Below are positions 33,491 to 41,528 of a stretch of DNA of 64,000 nucleotides, piece after piece. Origin of the DNA: Cenarchaeum sp. Lineage in GTDB: Archaea > Thermoproteota > Nitrososphaeria > Nitrososphaerales > Nitrosopumilaceae. A program made the position numbers and the translations under genes. The stretch covers positions 352,001 to 416,000 of the forward strand of contig OY843768.1 in assembly GCA_963693095.2 (NCBI GenBank). Reading direction: 5' to 3'. Positions within the stretch are counted from its first letter, which is position 1, and each line of letters begins with the position of its first letter. Under the pieces are notes generated by a model. It worked only from the letters and a program-made list of their open reading frames with translations. It had not been told where the DNA came from and did no database searches.

Positions 33491-33548
33491 TGCGCGCCAC
33501 GCAGGCGCACGCCAAGACTTATTGGGCAAGTCGGGCACCGCGAGGGCC

Positions 33549-34076
33549 ATGCCGCGCACAGCAGTAATCGTCGCCGGCGCCATACCGGTGGCAGTGGCGA
33601 TTCTAATCGCCGTGCCGCTCCTCACACTCGAGCGCGTTCCGGCAACGACGCTACTGCCTAGTGACATGATTGACATTGAGCACACGATGCGCCGCATAGC
33701 CACGGTTCCGGGGGTCATCGAGCGCGAGCGCGCACTAGAGTCGCACGTTCTGAGGATCGACGCGTCTGGCAGCACAAGGCTGCTCGTCGCCACCGCAGAC
33801 GGGACGTCCGAGCGCGGGGACCAGCTTGACGCCGGCACGCTGCAGAGGGCGCGCGCGCTAATAAAGGAGACTGGCTTTATGTCCATAACGCCGTCCTCGT
33901 TTGTCCCCGATAGCCTTCCGGCAGAATACGAGCTCCACACGCTGCGCGTGGAGCTCAACGGGGACGAGCGCACGGTTCGCTGGTCAGAGCACGACTCGCA
34001 AGACCACCTCGTCCCGCCGATCATACTTGCGCTTCGCGAGGAGCTCGGCAAGATTGCCGACATGCTGGAGCCATAG
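33549..34076 (+). CDS. Membrane-anchored hypothetical protein
   Basis: ATG at 33549. N-terminal hydrophobic helix (AVIVAGAIPVAVAILIAVPLL) followed by a globular domain. Confidence 0.75.
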   Translation: MPRTAVIVAGAIPVAVAILIAVPLLTLERVPATTLLPSDMIDIEHTMRRIATVPGVIERERALESHVLRIDASGSTRLLVATADGTSERGDQLDAGTLQRARALIKETGFMSITPSSFVPDSLPAEYELHTLRVELNGDERTVRWSEHDSQDHLVPPIILALREELGKIADMLEP

Positions 34077-34113
34077 GCCGGTTGCGCCGCCGTGCGCGTG
34101 TGACCCAAAACCG

Positions 34114-34119
34114 TTAAAT
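34114..34119 (+). promoter_or_regulatory. TATA box of tRNA-Leu
   Basis: TTAAAT ~25 bp upstream of the tRNA, preceded by A-rich BRE-like CCAAAA. Confidence 0.6.
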
Positions 34120-34143
34120 CAAGAGCCCGGTGCGCCGTGCCGC

Positions 34144-34266
34144 AGGGGAGTGGTCCAGCCTGGCCAAAGTGGGGCAGTTGAATGCCCCTTGGTGACGCGA
34201 GACTTAAGATCTCAATGGGTGATCTCGTCTCTTAGGAGTTCGTGGGTTCAAATCCCACCTCCCCTA
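34144..34266 (+). tRNA. tRNA-Leu(TAA) with two introns (34170-34194 in the D-arm; 34209-34221 at 37/38)
   Basis: Acceptor AGGGGAG/CTCCCCT+A, T-arm GTGGG-TTCAAAT-CCCAC, long variable arm. After splicing the anticodon arm is CGAGA-CT-TAA-GA-TCTCG. BHB cores CCAA/TTGG and CTTA/TGGG. Confidence 0.88.
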
Positions 34267-34274
34267 TAACAGGG

Positions 34275-34661
34275 CTAGTTTGGGCGCTTTATGCCCTTGG
34301 AGCCGAGCATGTCATACACGTCAGGCATTGAAAACACAAATCCCACATGGACGCAGTCGGTGCTCTCGCACTGCTGGCAGGCAAGCTCGCCGTCGCGTAT
34401 GGCCACCTCGACTATGCGGTTGTTGACGTTGTCGCGCAGTATCACGCAGTCAGCCTCCACTGATATGCTCTTTATCCTAGGCGCGTGCCTCGCAAAGGTC
34501 TCGTCCTTTAGCATCTGCTCCTCGAGCATGTACGAGACATAGCCAGAAAAGCTCTTTACGCCCCTGCGGCTGAGATCCTCCTTGCTCTTTGTGTATGCCT
34601 CGTGGAATCGCTCATAGGCTGACTCGGAGACCGTTATCGACTTGAACCCTGGCTTTGGCAC
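34275..34661 (-). CDS. Small DNA-binding-like protein (RHH/antitoxin-like N-terminus, CxxC...CxH zinc motif)
   Basis: Probable GTG start at 34661 (PKPGFKSITVSE...). CQQCESTDCVH motif. Confidence 0.75.
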   Translation of the reverse strand: MPKPGFKSITVSESAYERFHEAYTKSKEDLSRRGVKSFSGYVSYMLEEQMLKDETFARHAPRIKSISVEADCVILRDNVNNRIVEVAIRDGELACQQCESTDCVHVGFVFSMPDVYDMLGSKGIKRPN

Positions 34662-34783
34662 CGTACAAACACCTACCGCACCCCCCCCGTACATGACTAT
34701 ATAACTGTTTAGCGATATCCGGCCGCCTGTGCCCCGCGCCACGCCGCCATCGCTTTATACGCCGGCACCACACGGCGATCGCC

Positions 34784-35647
34784 GTGCGCGGATATGACGA
34801 GGCCGAGCTGCGCGGGCGCCTCCTCGGCCTCCTTGGGGGTGGGGAGGCCATGACGGGCTCGGCGATATCCAAATCGCTTGCCGTCAGCCGCATCACGATG
34901 TCAAAGTACCTTGACGCGTTTGCGACTGCCGGAGTCGTGCGCCGGCGGCGCGTGGGCAACGCGACGCTCTGGAGCGTGGGCGACGCCTCGGTGCGCTTTG
35001 AGTTTCCGGCAGACTATGCGCGGGCCGGCTCGGCATACATGGACGGCATCACCGGCCTCGACGGCGCGCGCGCCGGCTCGCTCGTCGAGGCGTGCATTGC
35101 GCACGGCGCGACTCCGGCCGGGATGGTCCGCGAGGTCTTTGCTCCGGCAATAGAGGGCGTGCAGAGGATGTACAGTGACGGCAAGGCCGGCCGCACCGAG
35201 GCAGCCCTCATGCGCAGCGCCATCTCGGCATCGATGGTTCGAATGCGGGGCGATGACTCTGAGGATCCGACAAGGCATGCCGTGATGGTCGCCGACAGCG
35301 CCAATGGCGCACTGCGCGCCGAGGCGGCTGCGGCAGCACTGCGACATATGGGATGGAAGGCCATGTGCGTCGGTGACATATCGTCATCAATTGACGCGCT
35401 CCTTGACACTGACATTGAGCGACTTTTGGTCAGGGCACGCGCGCCGCGCGGCGGGGTGACAGTGACAATTGCGTTCTCCGAGACGGCTGACGGACTCGGG
35501 ACAATCGGCCGCGTCGTTCGCTCGGCGTGCTCTGGGGCCGCGAGGGGAACGCTCCTTGCGCTGTGCGGGCCGGACGGCCACGGCGTCGAGGCCGACGCGT
35601 CAGTCAGGGCTCCCTGGGACGCGGTCCACTGGGCAGCCTCGCTCTAG
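34784..35647 (+). CDS. Winged-HTH transcriptional regulator with B12-binding-like cap and degenerate Rossmann domain
   Basis: N-terminal HTH (GSAISKSLAVSRITMSKYL), helical cap (VFAPAIEGVQRMYSDG...E), C-terminal alpha/beta region (ALRHMGWK). Confidence 0.7.
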   Translation: MRGYDEAELRGRLLGLLGGGEAMTGSAISKSLAVSRITMSKYLDAFATAGVVRRRRVGNATLWSVGDASVRFEFPADYARAGSAYMDGITGLDGARAGSLVEACIAHGATPAGMVREVFAPAIEGVQRMYSDGKAGRTEAALMRSAISASMVRMRGDDSEDPTRHAVMVADSANGALRAEAAAAALRHMGWKAMCVGDISSSIDALLDTDIERLLVRARAPRGGVTVTIAFSETADGLGTIGRVVRSACSGAARGTLLALCGPDGHGVEADASVRAPWDAVHWAASL

Positions 35648-35652
35648 TTTTG

Positions 35653-35742
35653 TGGGCCGAGTGAGATTCGAACTCACGACCTTTCGATCTCCGAATTCGG
35701 CTTTATCAGTCGAACGCTCCAGCCAAGCTGAGCTACCGGCCC
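35653..35742 (-). tRNA. tRNA-Ile(GAT) with 15-nt intron (35689-35703) at 37/38
   Basis: Reverse complement GGGCCGGTAGCTCAG...TTCGA-CT-GAT-A[AAGCCGAATTCGGAG]A-TCGAA...TTCGAATCTCACTCGGCCCA. Confidence 0.93.
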
Positions 35743-35775
35743 TGAACGCCGGCGCGCAGATGGCATGATTTAAGT

Positions 35776-36330
35776 CTAGTTTTGGCGCCACTTTATCGAG
35801 CAGCCTATTGAGGGCTCAAAGTCGCGCTCTATGGGCCTGCCCTCGAGCATCGCGCCAATGTTGGCGATCATCGTCTTTTCAGTCGCCGTGTCCTCGGGCT
35901 TCATCGCGTTGTCGATTCGGCCGTGAAAGACGAGCCTCATCTGCGAGTCAAAGAGGAACGGGTCTGGCGTGCACGTCGCGCCGTACTTGCGCGCAGTCTC
36001 CTGCGTCTCGTCAACTAGGTAGTCAAAGGCGATTCCGCGCTCGGCGGCCAGGGCGACCATGGCCTCATAGCTGTCATCCGGATATTCAGCAGCATCGTTG
36101 CTGTTTATGCCCACGACGGCGACGCGCTCGCCGTACCTTGCGTGAACCTCCTTTATCGCCTCGACCTTTGCCTTTACGTAGGGGCAGTGGTTGCACATGA
36201 ACACGACTAGGAGGCCGTCGCGCTGGCCATAGTCGGCTAGCGTGTGCGTCTTGCCGTCTGTGCCCTTTAGCGCAAAGTCAGGGGCCGCATCGCCGGCCTT
36301 GAGCGACCTCTGCGACTCTAGGAGAACCAT
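35776..36330 (-). CDS. AhpC/TSA (thioredoxin-fold, PRX-like) protein
   Basis: Start MVLLESQ. Motifs APDFAL, FMCNHCPYV, ATCTPDPF, SIGCSIKW. Confidence 0.92.
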   Translation of the reverse strand: MVLLESQRSLKAGDAAPDFALKGTDGKTHTLADYGQRDGLLVVFMCNHCPYVKAKVEAIKEVHARYGERVAVVGINSNDAAEYPDDSYEAMVALAAERGIAFDYLVDETQETARKYGATCTPDPFLFDSQMRLVFHGRIDNAMKPEDTATEKTMIANIGAMLEGRPIERDFEPSIGCSIKWRQN

Positions 36331-36682
36331 GGGACGCTGCGGGCAGGCGTGGCAATAAAACCCTTGGGCTCGTGGGCAGCGCACGGGGCCTGAACCCTGG
36401 GAGCTGCGCGCGTCGGTCATGGGTGGGGGCAGGAGTCCTGGAGCATCTGTCCCGGGCTGCCCGCCTGCCGCGTGCGCAGCCATGACAAAGTCACCGGCGC
36501 AGCCATTCGTGGTGCTGGTCCTTCCATGATCGCAGCATGAACGGCCCTGCCACGGCATGTCGGCGCGTGGCGTGTGCCCATAAATGCGACCGGGGCACAG
36601 GATTAAAGTACAGTACCCCATGGCGCAGGATTGCAAATATGAAACGCGCCATGAACAGTGTCTCCTGTCTGGTGAGATCGCC

Positions 36683-37612
36683 ATGAGGAAAAAGGGCACA
36701 TGTGTCGAGCTGTGCGCCGGTGGTGGCGGATCCTCCATTGGACTGGAACAGGCGGGCTTTGAGCATGTCAGGGTGGTTGAGCGCAATCCGACATACTGTG
36801 AAACCCTCACGCACAACAGGCCAAAATGGGGGGTGGTCTGTGGAGACCTAAAGGACTTTGACGCACATGGGCTCGGCGACATTGATCTGCTCTCTGGCGG
36901 TTTGCCGTGCCCGCCGTTTTCTGTGGCGGGTCGCCAGCTGGGCTCCGAGGACATGAGGGACTGTTTTCCAATGGCACTCAAGATTGTTCGCGCCTTGCGC
37001 CCGCGGGCGATCATGTTTGAGAACGTGCCAGGTTTGCTGCAGCCAAAGTTTGAGCCGTACAGGAGGCAAGTGACGAAACGGCTTGCGCGGTTGGGATACA
37101 AGTCCAATTGGCACCGCGTCGTCTCCTCGGAGCTTGGCGTGCCGCAGTATCGGCCACGAACGCTCCTCATCGCGTTTTTGGGCATCAGTCAAGCAGACTC
37201 TCCGCTGTACAGGCCAAAAGGCAAGAGAACGGTCACCGATTCGATACATGATCTAATGGGACAGAACGGATGGGGCGGCCTGAAAAAATGGGCAAGGCTG
37301 GCCAACAACATTGCGCCAACAATTACGGGTGGTTCAGAAAAGCACGGTGGGCCTGACTTGGGGCCGACTAGGGCCAGAAGGGCATGGTCAGCCATGGGCG
37401 TTGACGGAATGGGGATAGCCAATGAGCCGCCCGCCCGGGACTTTGTGGGCATGCCGCGCCTGACGCTACGCATGGTTGCGCGCCTCCAGGCGTTTCCGGA
37501 CAGCTGGGCGTTCATGGGATCAAAGACTAGGCAGCACAGGCAGATAGGCAATGCGCTTCCGGCACCTGTCGCGAGGGCAGCGGGCAGCTTTATCCGGAGG
37601 CATCTGGGCTAG
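36683..37612 (+). CDS. Orphan C5-cytosine DNA methyltransferase, NaeI/NgoMIV-like
   Basis: Motifs I ELCAGGGG, IV GGLPCPPFS, VI ENVPG, VIII PQYRPR, X QIGNA. TRD segment APTITGGSEKHGGPDLGPTRA. Alternative start 36620. Lower GC than the flanks. Confidence 0.9.
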   Translation: MRKKGTCVELCAGGGGSSIGLEQAGFEHVRVVERNPTYCETLTHNRPKWGVVCGDLKDFDAHGLGDIDLLSGGLPCPPFSVAGRQLGSEDMRDCFPMALKIVRALRPRAIMFENVPGLLQPKFEPYRRQVTKRLARLGYKSNWHRVVSSELGVPQYRPRTLLIAFLGISQADSPLYRPKGKRTVTDSIHDLMGQNGWGGLKKWARLANNIAPTITGGSEKHGGPDLGPTRARRAWSAMGVDGMGIANEPPARDFVGMPRLTLRMVARLQAFPDSWAFMGSKTRQHRQIGNALPAPVARAAGSFIRRHLG

Positions 37613-37811
37613 GTGAGCCTGGAGTGTGATGGTTCATGCCTGGCTCCACGTGTGCCTAGTTGGCCTGGCCCGACTAGTGGGCGCATGGGAGCGGCATCGG
37701 CACTATGTGCGATCATGCCCATGCGGCAGAAATGGCCTGGATACTCTTGGGACCCCGTGCGTGCGACGGCCTGAAAGGCATAATAGCGCCGGTTGCGGGG
37801 CGCCTGCCGTA

Positions 37812-37888
37812 GGGCTGATAGTATAGCCTGGTAGTATACCTGCCTTGCACGCAGGGGGTCGGGGGTTCAAATCCCCCTCAGTCCACCA
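37812..37888 (+). tRNA. tRNA-Ala(TGC), no intron, CCA present
   Basis: GGGCTGA/TCAGTCC acceptor with G3:U70. Anticodon arm CCTGC-CT-TGC-AC-GCAGG. Confidence 0.96.
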
Positions 37889-37980
37889 TACCCCATCTGG
37901 CATCGCCTAGCGTCGCGTGCGCGCAGACTCGCTGCGATCACACGGTGGACTTAAATAGCCTGCATCTGTCGTCCTGCCGT

Positions 37981-38088
37981 ATGGCAAGCCCAGCAGAAGG
38001 TTGGCCCGTCTGGATCCCCCTCATAGTAGGTTTGGCTCCTGGTCTCGTGTACTGGTTCGTGATAACCGGTATGCGCAGGCGCAGATAG
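37981..38088 (+). CDS. 35-aa single-pass membrane microprotein (below the ORF-track cutoff)
   Basis: MASPAEGWPVWIPLIVGLAPGLVYWFVITGMRRRR*. TTAAATA box at 37951-37957. Confidence 0.7.
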   Translation: MASPAEGWPVWIPLIVGLAPGLVYWFVITGMRRRR

Positions 38089-38148
38089 CTAGGACAGGGA
38101 GACTACGTGCCCATAGAGTGGAAGATGGCAATTTTGCGCCCAAGAGGA

Positions 38149-39225
38149 ATGCACTCCATCGTGCGTCGAGTGGGGCTCATCGCAGTCGCATTGACAATTC
38201 TCGTATCGGCCGCCGGACTTGCGGATCGTGCCGATGCGCAGAACGTTGACACAGACCCAACGCTTGGGATAGAGCTGACGAGCACGCAGCCGACGCACTA
38301 TGTGGACGCCGAAGGCCACACGGTCATAGTCGGCGAGGTCGCAAACCTAACGGACTTTCCGGTGACTGACGTGCGCGTCTGGGCGGGGTTTTACGCCGAC
38401 GGCACAGCAGCGCCACTAGAGTCGCACATTGGCAGCACGCTGCTTGCCGTGATACCGGCCCACGGAACGTCGCCGTATGTCATACGGTCCCCGTCACCGG
38501 ACCTTGATGTCATCGGCGTATCAGTCAACCTCCTTGGGTTCACGTCATCCTCGGCCAAGCCGCAGAACCTCACAGTCAGCAAGCCTGCCGTCTCGGCGGC
38601 CGGCCTCCTCGGCGTGGACGGCACGATAGAGAACGTCGGCGACGGCCAGTCGGCAAACACCGTCGTCTATGCGCTCGTCTATGACTCTTTTGTGCCCCCG
38701 CGCCTCCTCGGGATCCATGAAAACGAGCCGGCAGGCCTGGCGGCCGGCGGCTCGGCAGACTATAGGTTCTCACTCGAGTATGGCGAGGAGGCCGAGCTCG
38801 TGCGAGTCATTGCCGAGTCGGACAACTATGCGTCAAATGTCGCCGAGTCGCGCGTGACGCGCGTGCCGACATCACCGCTCTCAATCCGCAACATTGCCGT
38901 AGTTGACGCGACTGGCACTCCAGTCTCGGCGCTCCGCGAGGGTGCCGCGTCGTACATTCGGAGCGCAATATCAGGCAGCGGCGCAGAGGGCTCCGAGTAC
39001 GAGTATATCGTGCAGGTGACGCGCTTTGGACACCTGCCAGTAGTAGAGTTTGTCGGCTCGACTAGCAGCGTGATCACGGCAGCCGGCCTCGCGCAGCCGC
39101 TCGTGGAGTGGACGCCGGACTCTGACGGGCTCTTTTACATCGAGACGTACCTGTGGAGCGCCTCGGCGACGCCGCTTGCGATGCCCGGCCCGCTCACGCT
39201 AGTCAACGTAGAGCCGAGACTGTGA
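38149..39225 (+). CDS. Secreted protein with FxLYD-type Ig-like domains
   Basis: Signal peptide. GEVAN...WAGFYAD and GTIEN...ALVYD repeats. Confidence 0.75.
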   Translation: MHSIVRRVGLIAVALTILVSAAGLADRADAQNVDTDPTLGIELTSTQPTHYVDAEGHTVIVGEVANLTDFPVTDVRVWAGFYADGTAAPLESHIGSTLLAVIPAHGTSPYVIRSPSPDLDVIGVSVNLLGFTSSSAKPQNLTVSKPAVSAAGLLGVDGTIENVGDGQSANTVVYALVYDSFVPPRLLGIHENEPAGLAAGGSADYRFSLEYGEEAELVRVIAESDNYASNVAESRVTRVPTSPLSIRNIAVVDATGTPVSALREGAASYIRSAISGSGAEGSEYEYIVQVTRFGHLPVVEFVGSTSSVITAAGLAQPLVEWTPDSDGLFYIETYLWSASATPLAMPGPLTLVNVEPRL

Positions 39226-39230
39226 GCGCG

Positions 39231-39695
39231 ATGCCCGAGTTCCGCACAGCCGCCGTGGGGGGGACGTTTGACACGATCCACAAGGGGCACGCCGAGCTCA
39301 TCGCCGCGGCATTTGACGCGGCCGACGAGGTAATCGTGGGCCTGTCGAGTGACGAGTTTGCCACTGCGTGCGGCAAGGCGCCGCGCAACACGTATGGCAC
39401 GCGCCTCGCGGCCGTCTGCGCACACATTGGGGCCAGGTTTGGCGCGCGCCGGCACGAGGTTCGCATGCTCGAGGCCGACTATGGTCCTGCCGCATACGAG
39501 GCCCGCGTTGATGTCCTTGTGGTCAGCGAGGAGACTGCCCACAAGGCAAGGCAGCTAAACGAGGAGCGCAAGGCGATGGGCATTGATCCGGTGGGCGTCA
39601 TTATAGTGCCCATGGCGATGGCCGATGACGGGGAGCGCATCTCGGGCACGAGGATACGCAACGGCGAGATAGACGCCGACGGGCACGTCATCTAA
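39231..39695 (+). CDS. coaD: Phosphopantetheine adenylyltransferase (archaeal/eukaryotic type)
   Basis: VGGTFDTIHKGH, VVSEET, RISGTRIR. Confidence 0.9.
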   Translation: MPEFRTAAVGGTFDTIHKGHAELIAAAFDAADEVIVGLSSDEFATACGKAPRNTYGTRLAAVCAHIGARFGARRHEVRMLEADYGPAAYEARVDVLVVSEETAHKARQLNEERKAMGIDPVGVIIVPMAMADDGERISGTRIRNGEIDADGHVI

Positions 39696-39761
39696 ATTGA
39701 CCCGCAGGCGCGTTTGATTCGAGCCCACAGCGTATATCGGCACGCCGCAACGCGCGAATCG

Positions 39762-40091
39762 ATGCCCGTGTTTGACTCGATGCTCCATAGGATAGGCGCT
39801 GACGTGAGGGACCTGCAGGACGGCCTTGACCCGCAGACGCTTGCGTTCTGGTACCACAGGATAATACGTGACGCGCGCGAGATGGCCCCGCCGTGGCTAG
39901 TCGACAAGATAAACGTCAGGCAGGACCCAATCCTCACGATGAAGTTCAGGCTAGACGTGTCGCGCCGCGCGATCCGCCACGTGATGGCGGCCATCGAGGG
40001 AAACCTTGGCGCCATGCCATACTCGACACGGCTCTATTTTTTGAGGGTTCAGGAATCCATCGAGTCCGAGACGGACAGGTCACTCGTCTAG
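39762..40091 (+). CDS. Hypothetical protein
   Basis: Native codon usage, protein-like sequence (QDPILTMKFRLDVSRRA, MPYSTRLYF). Convergent stop overlap with the next gene. Confidence 0.7.
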   Translation: MPVFDSMLHRIGADVRDLQDGLDPQTLAFWYHRIIRDAREMAPPWLVDKINVRQDPILTMKFRLDVSRRAIRHVMAAIEGNLGAMPYSTRLYFLRVQESIESETDRSLV

Positions 40092-40369
40092 CGCTTCTCC
40101 AGCGTGACGTACTCGCCAGACGCACCGGCTGATGCCATCTCGTGGGCACCCTCGTGGATGGACTGGACAAAGTCCGCTAGGGCCGCGGCGTTTTTGGCAT
40201 CGTGCAAGATGACGCTGTGGGCAGACGAGTCGCGCAGGGCCACCACGCACTCTTCGCCGATAACGTCGAGTATCTCGGTGAGCTGCGCAGTCCCGCCGTC
40301 CTCGGCGTACGCGATGCTGGCGAGCTTTTGGGCCTCATACGCGTCACGGCAGCGCACAGTCTCCCTCAA
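40088..40369 (-). CDS. Hypothetical protein coupled to trpS
   Basis: TTG start overlaps the trpS stop. 93 aa. Confidence 0.7.
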   Translation of the reverse strand: MRETVRCRDAYEAQKLASIAYAEDGGTAQLTEILDVIGEECVVALRDSSAHSVILHDAKNAAALADFVQSIHEGAHEMASAGASGEYVTLEKR

Positions 40370-41475
40370 GGCTCCAAAAGGTAGCCGTCAAGGCGGCCGC
40401 GCGCCTCCTCGCGCCGTGCCTGGTGCTCGCCCAGATACTCGACTGCGCGCTCGACTAGTATTGCCTTGAGCTCGCCGGTGAGCATGTCGCCTGCAGAGTA
40501 TGCGCCATGTATCTCGGCGAGGCGCGAGTCGTCTGGCTCAAAGAACATCCGCAAGTACTGGTATGACACGTCAATGTCCGGATTGCCCCCGAGGCGCCTG
40601 TGCTCGGCCACATCAGGCCGTCCGCCCGAGAACGCGTACTTGTTGACCTTTTTCCTGACGGCCTCTGGCGTATCTGTCGTGAATATTGCCGAGTTGGGAT
40701 CAGAGCTGCCCATCTTGCCGCCGGCGCCCTGCAGCGGGGGCATCATCATGTTGTGGATTAGGGCCGGCTTTGGGCGGCCTAGCAGGGGCGCCACGTCGCG
40801 CGTCAGCCTAAAGTGCGGATCCTGGTCAACACCGAGCGGAATCAGGACCGGCGCATCCTCGATATAGCACATCGCCGACTGGATTGACGTGTAGAATATC
40901 ATGCCAATGTTCGTCTCGCCGCCAAACCCGAATGTCGCCTTTGTGTTTGAAAAGTTTATGCGTTTTGCTATCTGCGCTGCCATGGGATAGAGGCGGTGTA
41001 TGTCCCTCGTGTCGATCACGACCCTTGTCCTCTCTGGGTCAAACCCGAGGGCGACAAAGTCGAGTGCGTTCTCGCGCGCAAGGCCGGCAGTGTCCTCGAG
41101 CGTGAGCTCCTTTTTTGCAAAAAACTTTTCGTCATCTGTGAGCTGAAAGTAGACCATTGTGCCAAACCTGTCCTGCAGCCACTTTGCAAACACCCATGGA
41201 ACGAGGTGCCCAATGTGGGTTGAGCCAGACGGTCCCCTCCCCGTGTACACAAAGAACGGCCTGCCTGCGGCATGCGCGTCAAGTATGCTGCCCATGTCGC
41301 GATGGGAGAAAAAGACCCCGCGCCTCAGCATAAAGTGGCTCTCGCCGGCGGCCTCCTCTATGCGCCTGAGCATGGGCGCGCCTATCCTCTGCGTCCCAAA
41401 GCGCTTGATGAGCTTTTCATAGTCTATCGAACCCTCGACCTTCCAGGGCGTGACAACAAAGTCCTCGCCGGGCAT
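40366..41475 (-). CDS. trpS: Tryptophanyl-tRNA synthetase
   Basis: VTPW, YTGRGPS, HIGH, DQDPHFR, KMGSS, KYAFSGG. Confidence 0.97.
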   Translation of the reverse strand: MPGEDFVVTPWKVEGSIDYEKLIKRFGTQRIGAPMLRRIEEAAGESHFMLRRGVFFSHRDMGSILDAHAAGRPFFVYTGRGPSGSTHIGHLVPWVFAKWLQDRFGTMVYFQLTDDEKFFAKKELTLEDTAGLARENALDFVALGFDPERTRVVIDTRDIHRLYPMAAQIAKRINFSNTKATFGFGGETNIGMIFYTSIQSAMCYIEDAPVLIPLGVDQDPHFRLTRDVAPLLGRPKPALIHNMMMPPLQGAGGKMGSSDPNSAIFTTDTPEAVRKKVNKYAFSGGRPDVAEHRRLGGNPDIDVSYQYLRMFFEPDDSRLAEIHGAYSAGDMLTGELKAILVERAVEYLGEHQARREEARGRLDGYLLEP

Positions 41476-41528
41476 TGGCGCGCATGAACTGTGAAGGTTT
41501 AAAAAGTCTTTTTGGGTTTTTGGTGCCG

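Noticed and set aside
36331-37185. 469-aa version of the AhpC/TSA ORF
   Set aside because: The extension is antisense to the MTase. The recognisable protein starts at 36330, with a TTTTAT box upstream.
35653-37888. tRNA-integrated element carrying the MTase
   Set aside because: No integrase and no duplicated tRNA 3' end seen, and the islet lies on the 5' side of both tRNAs.
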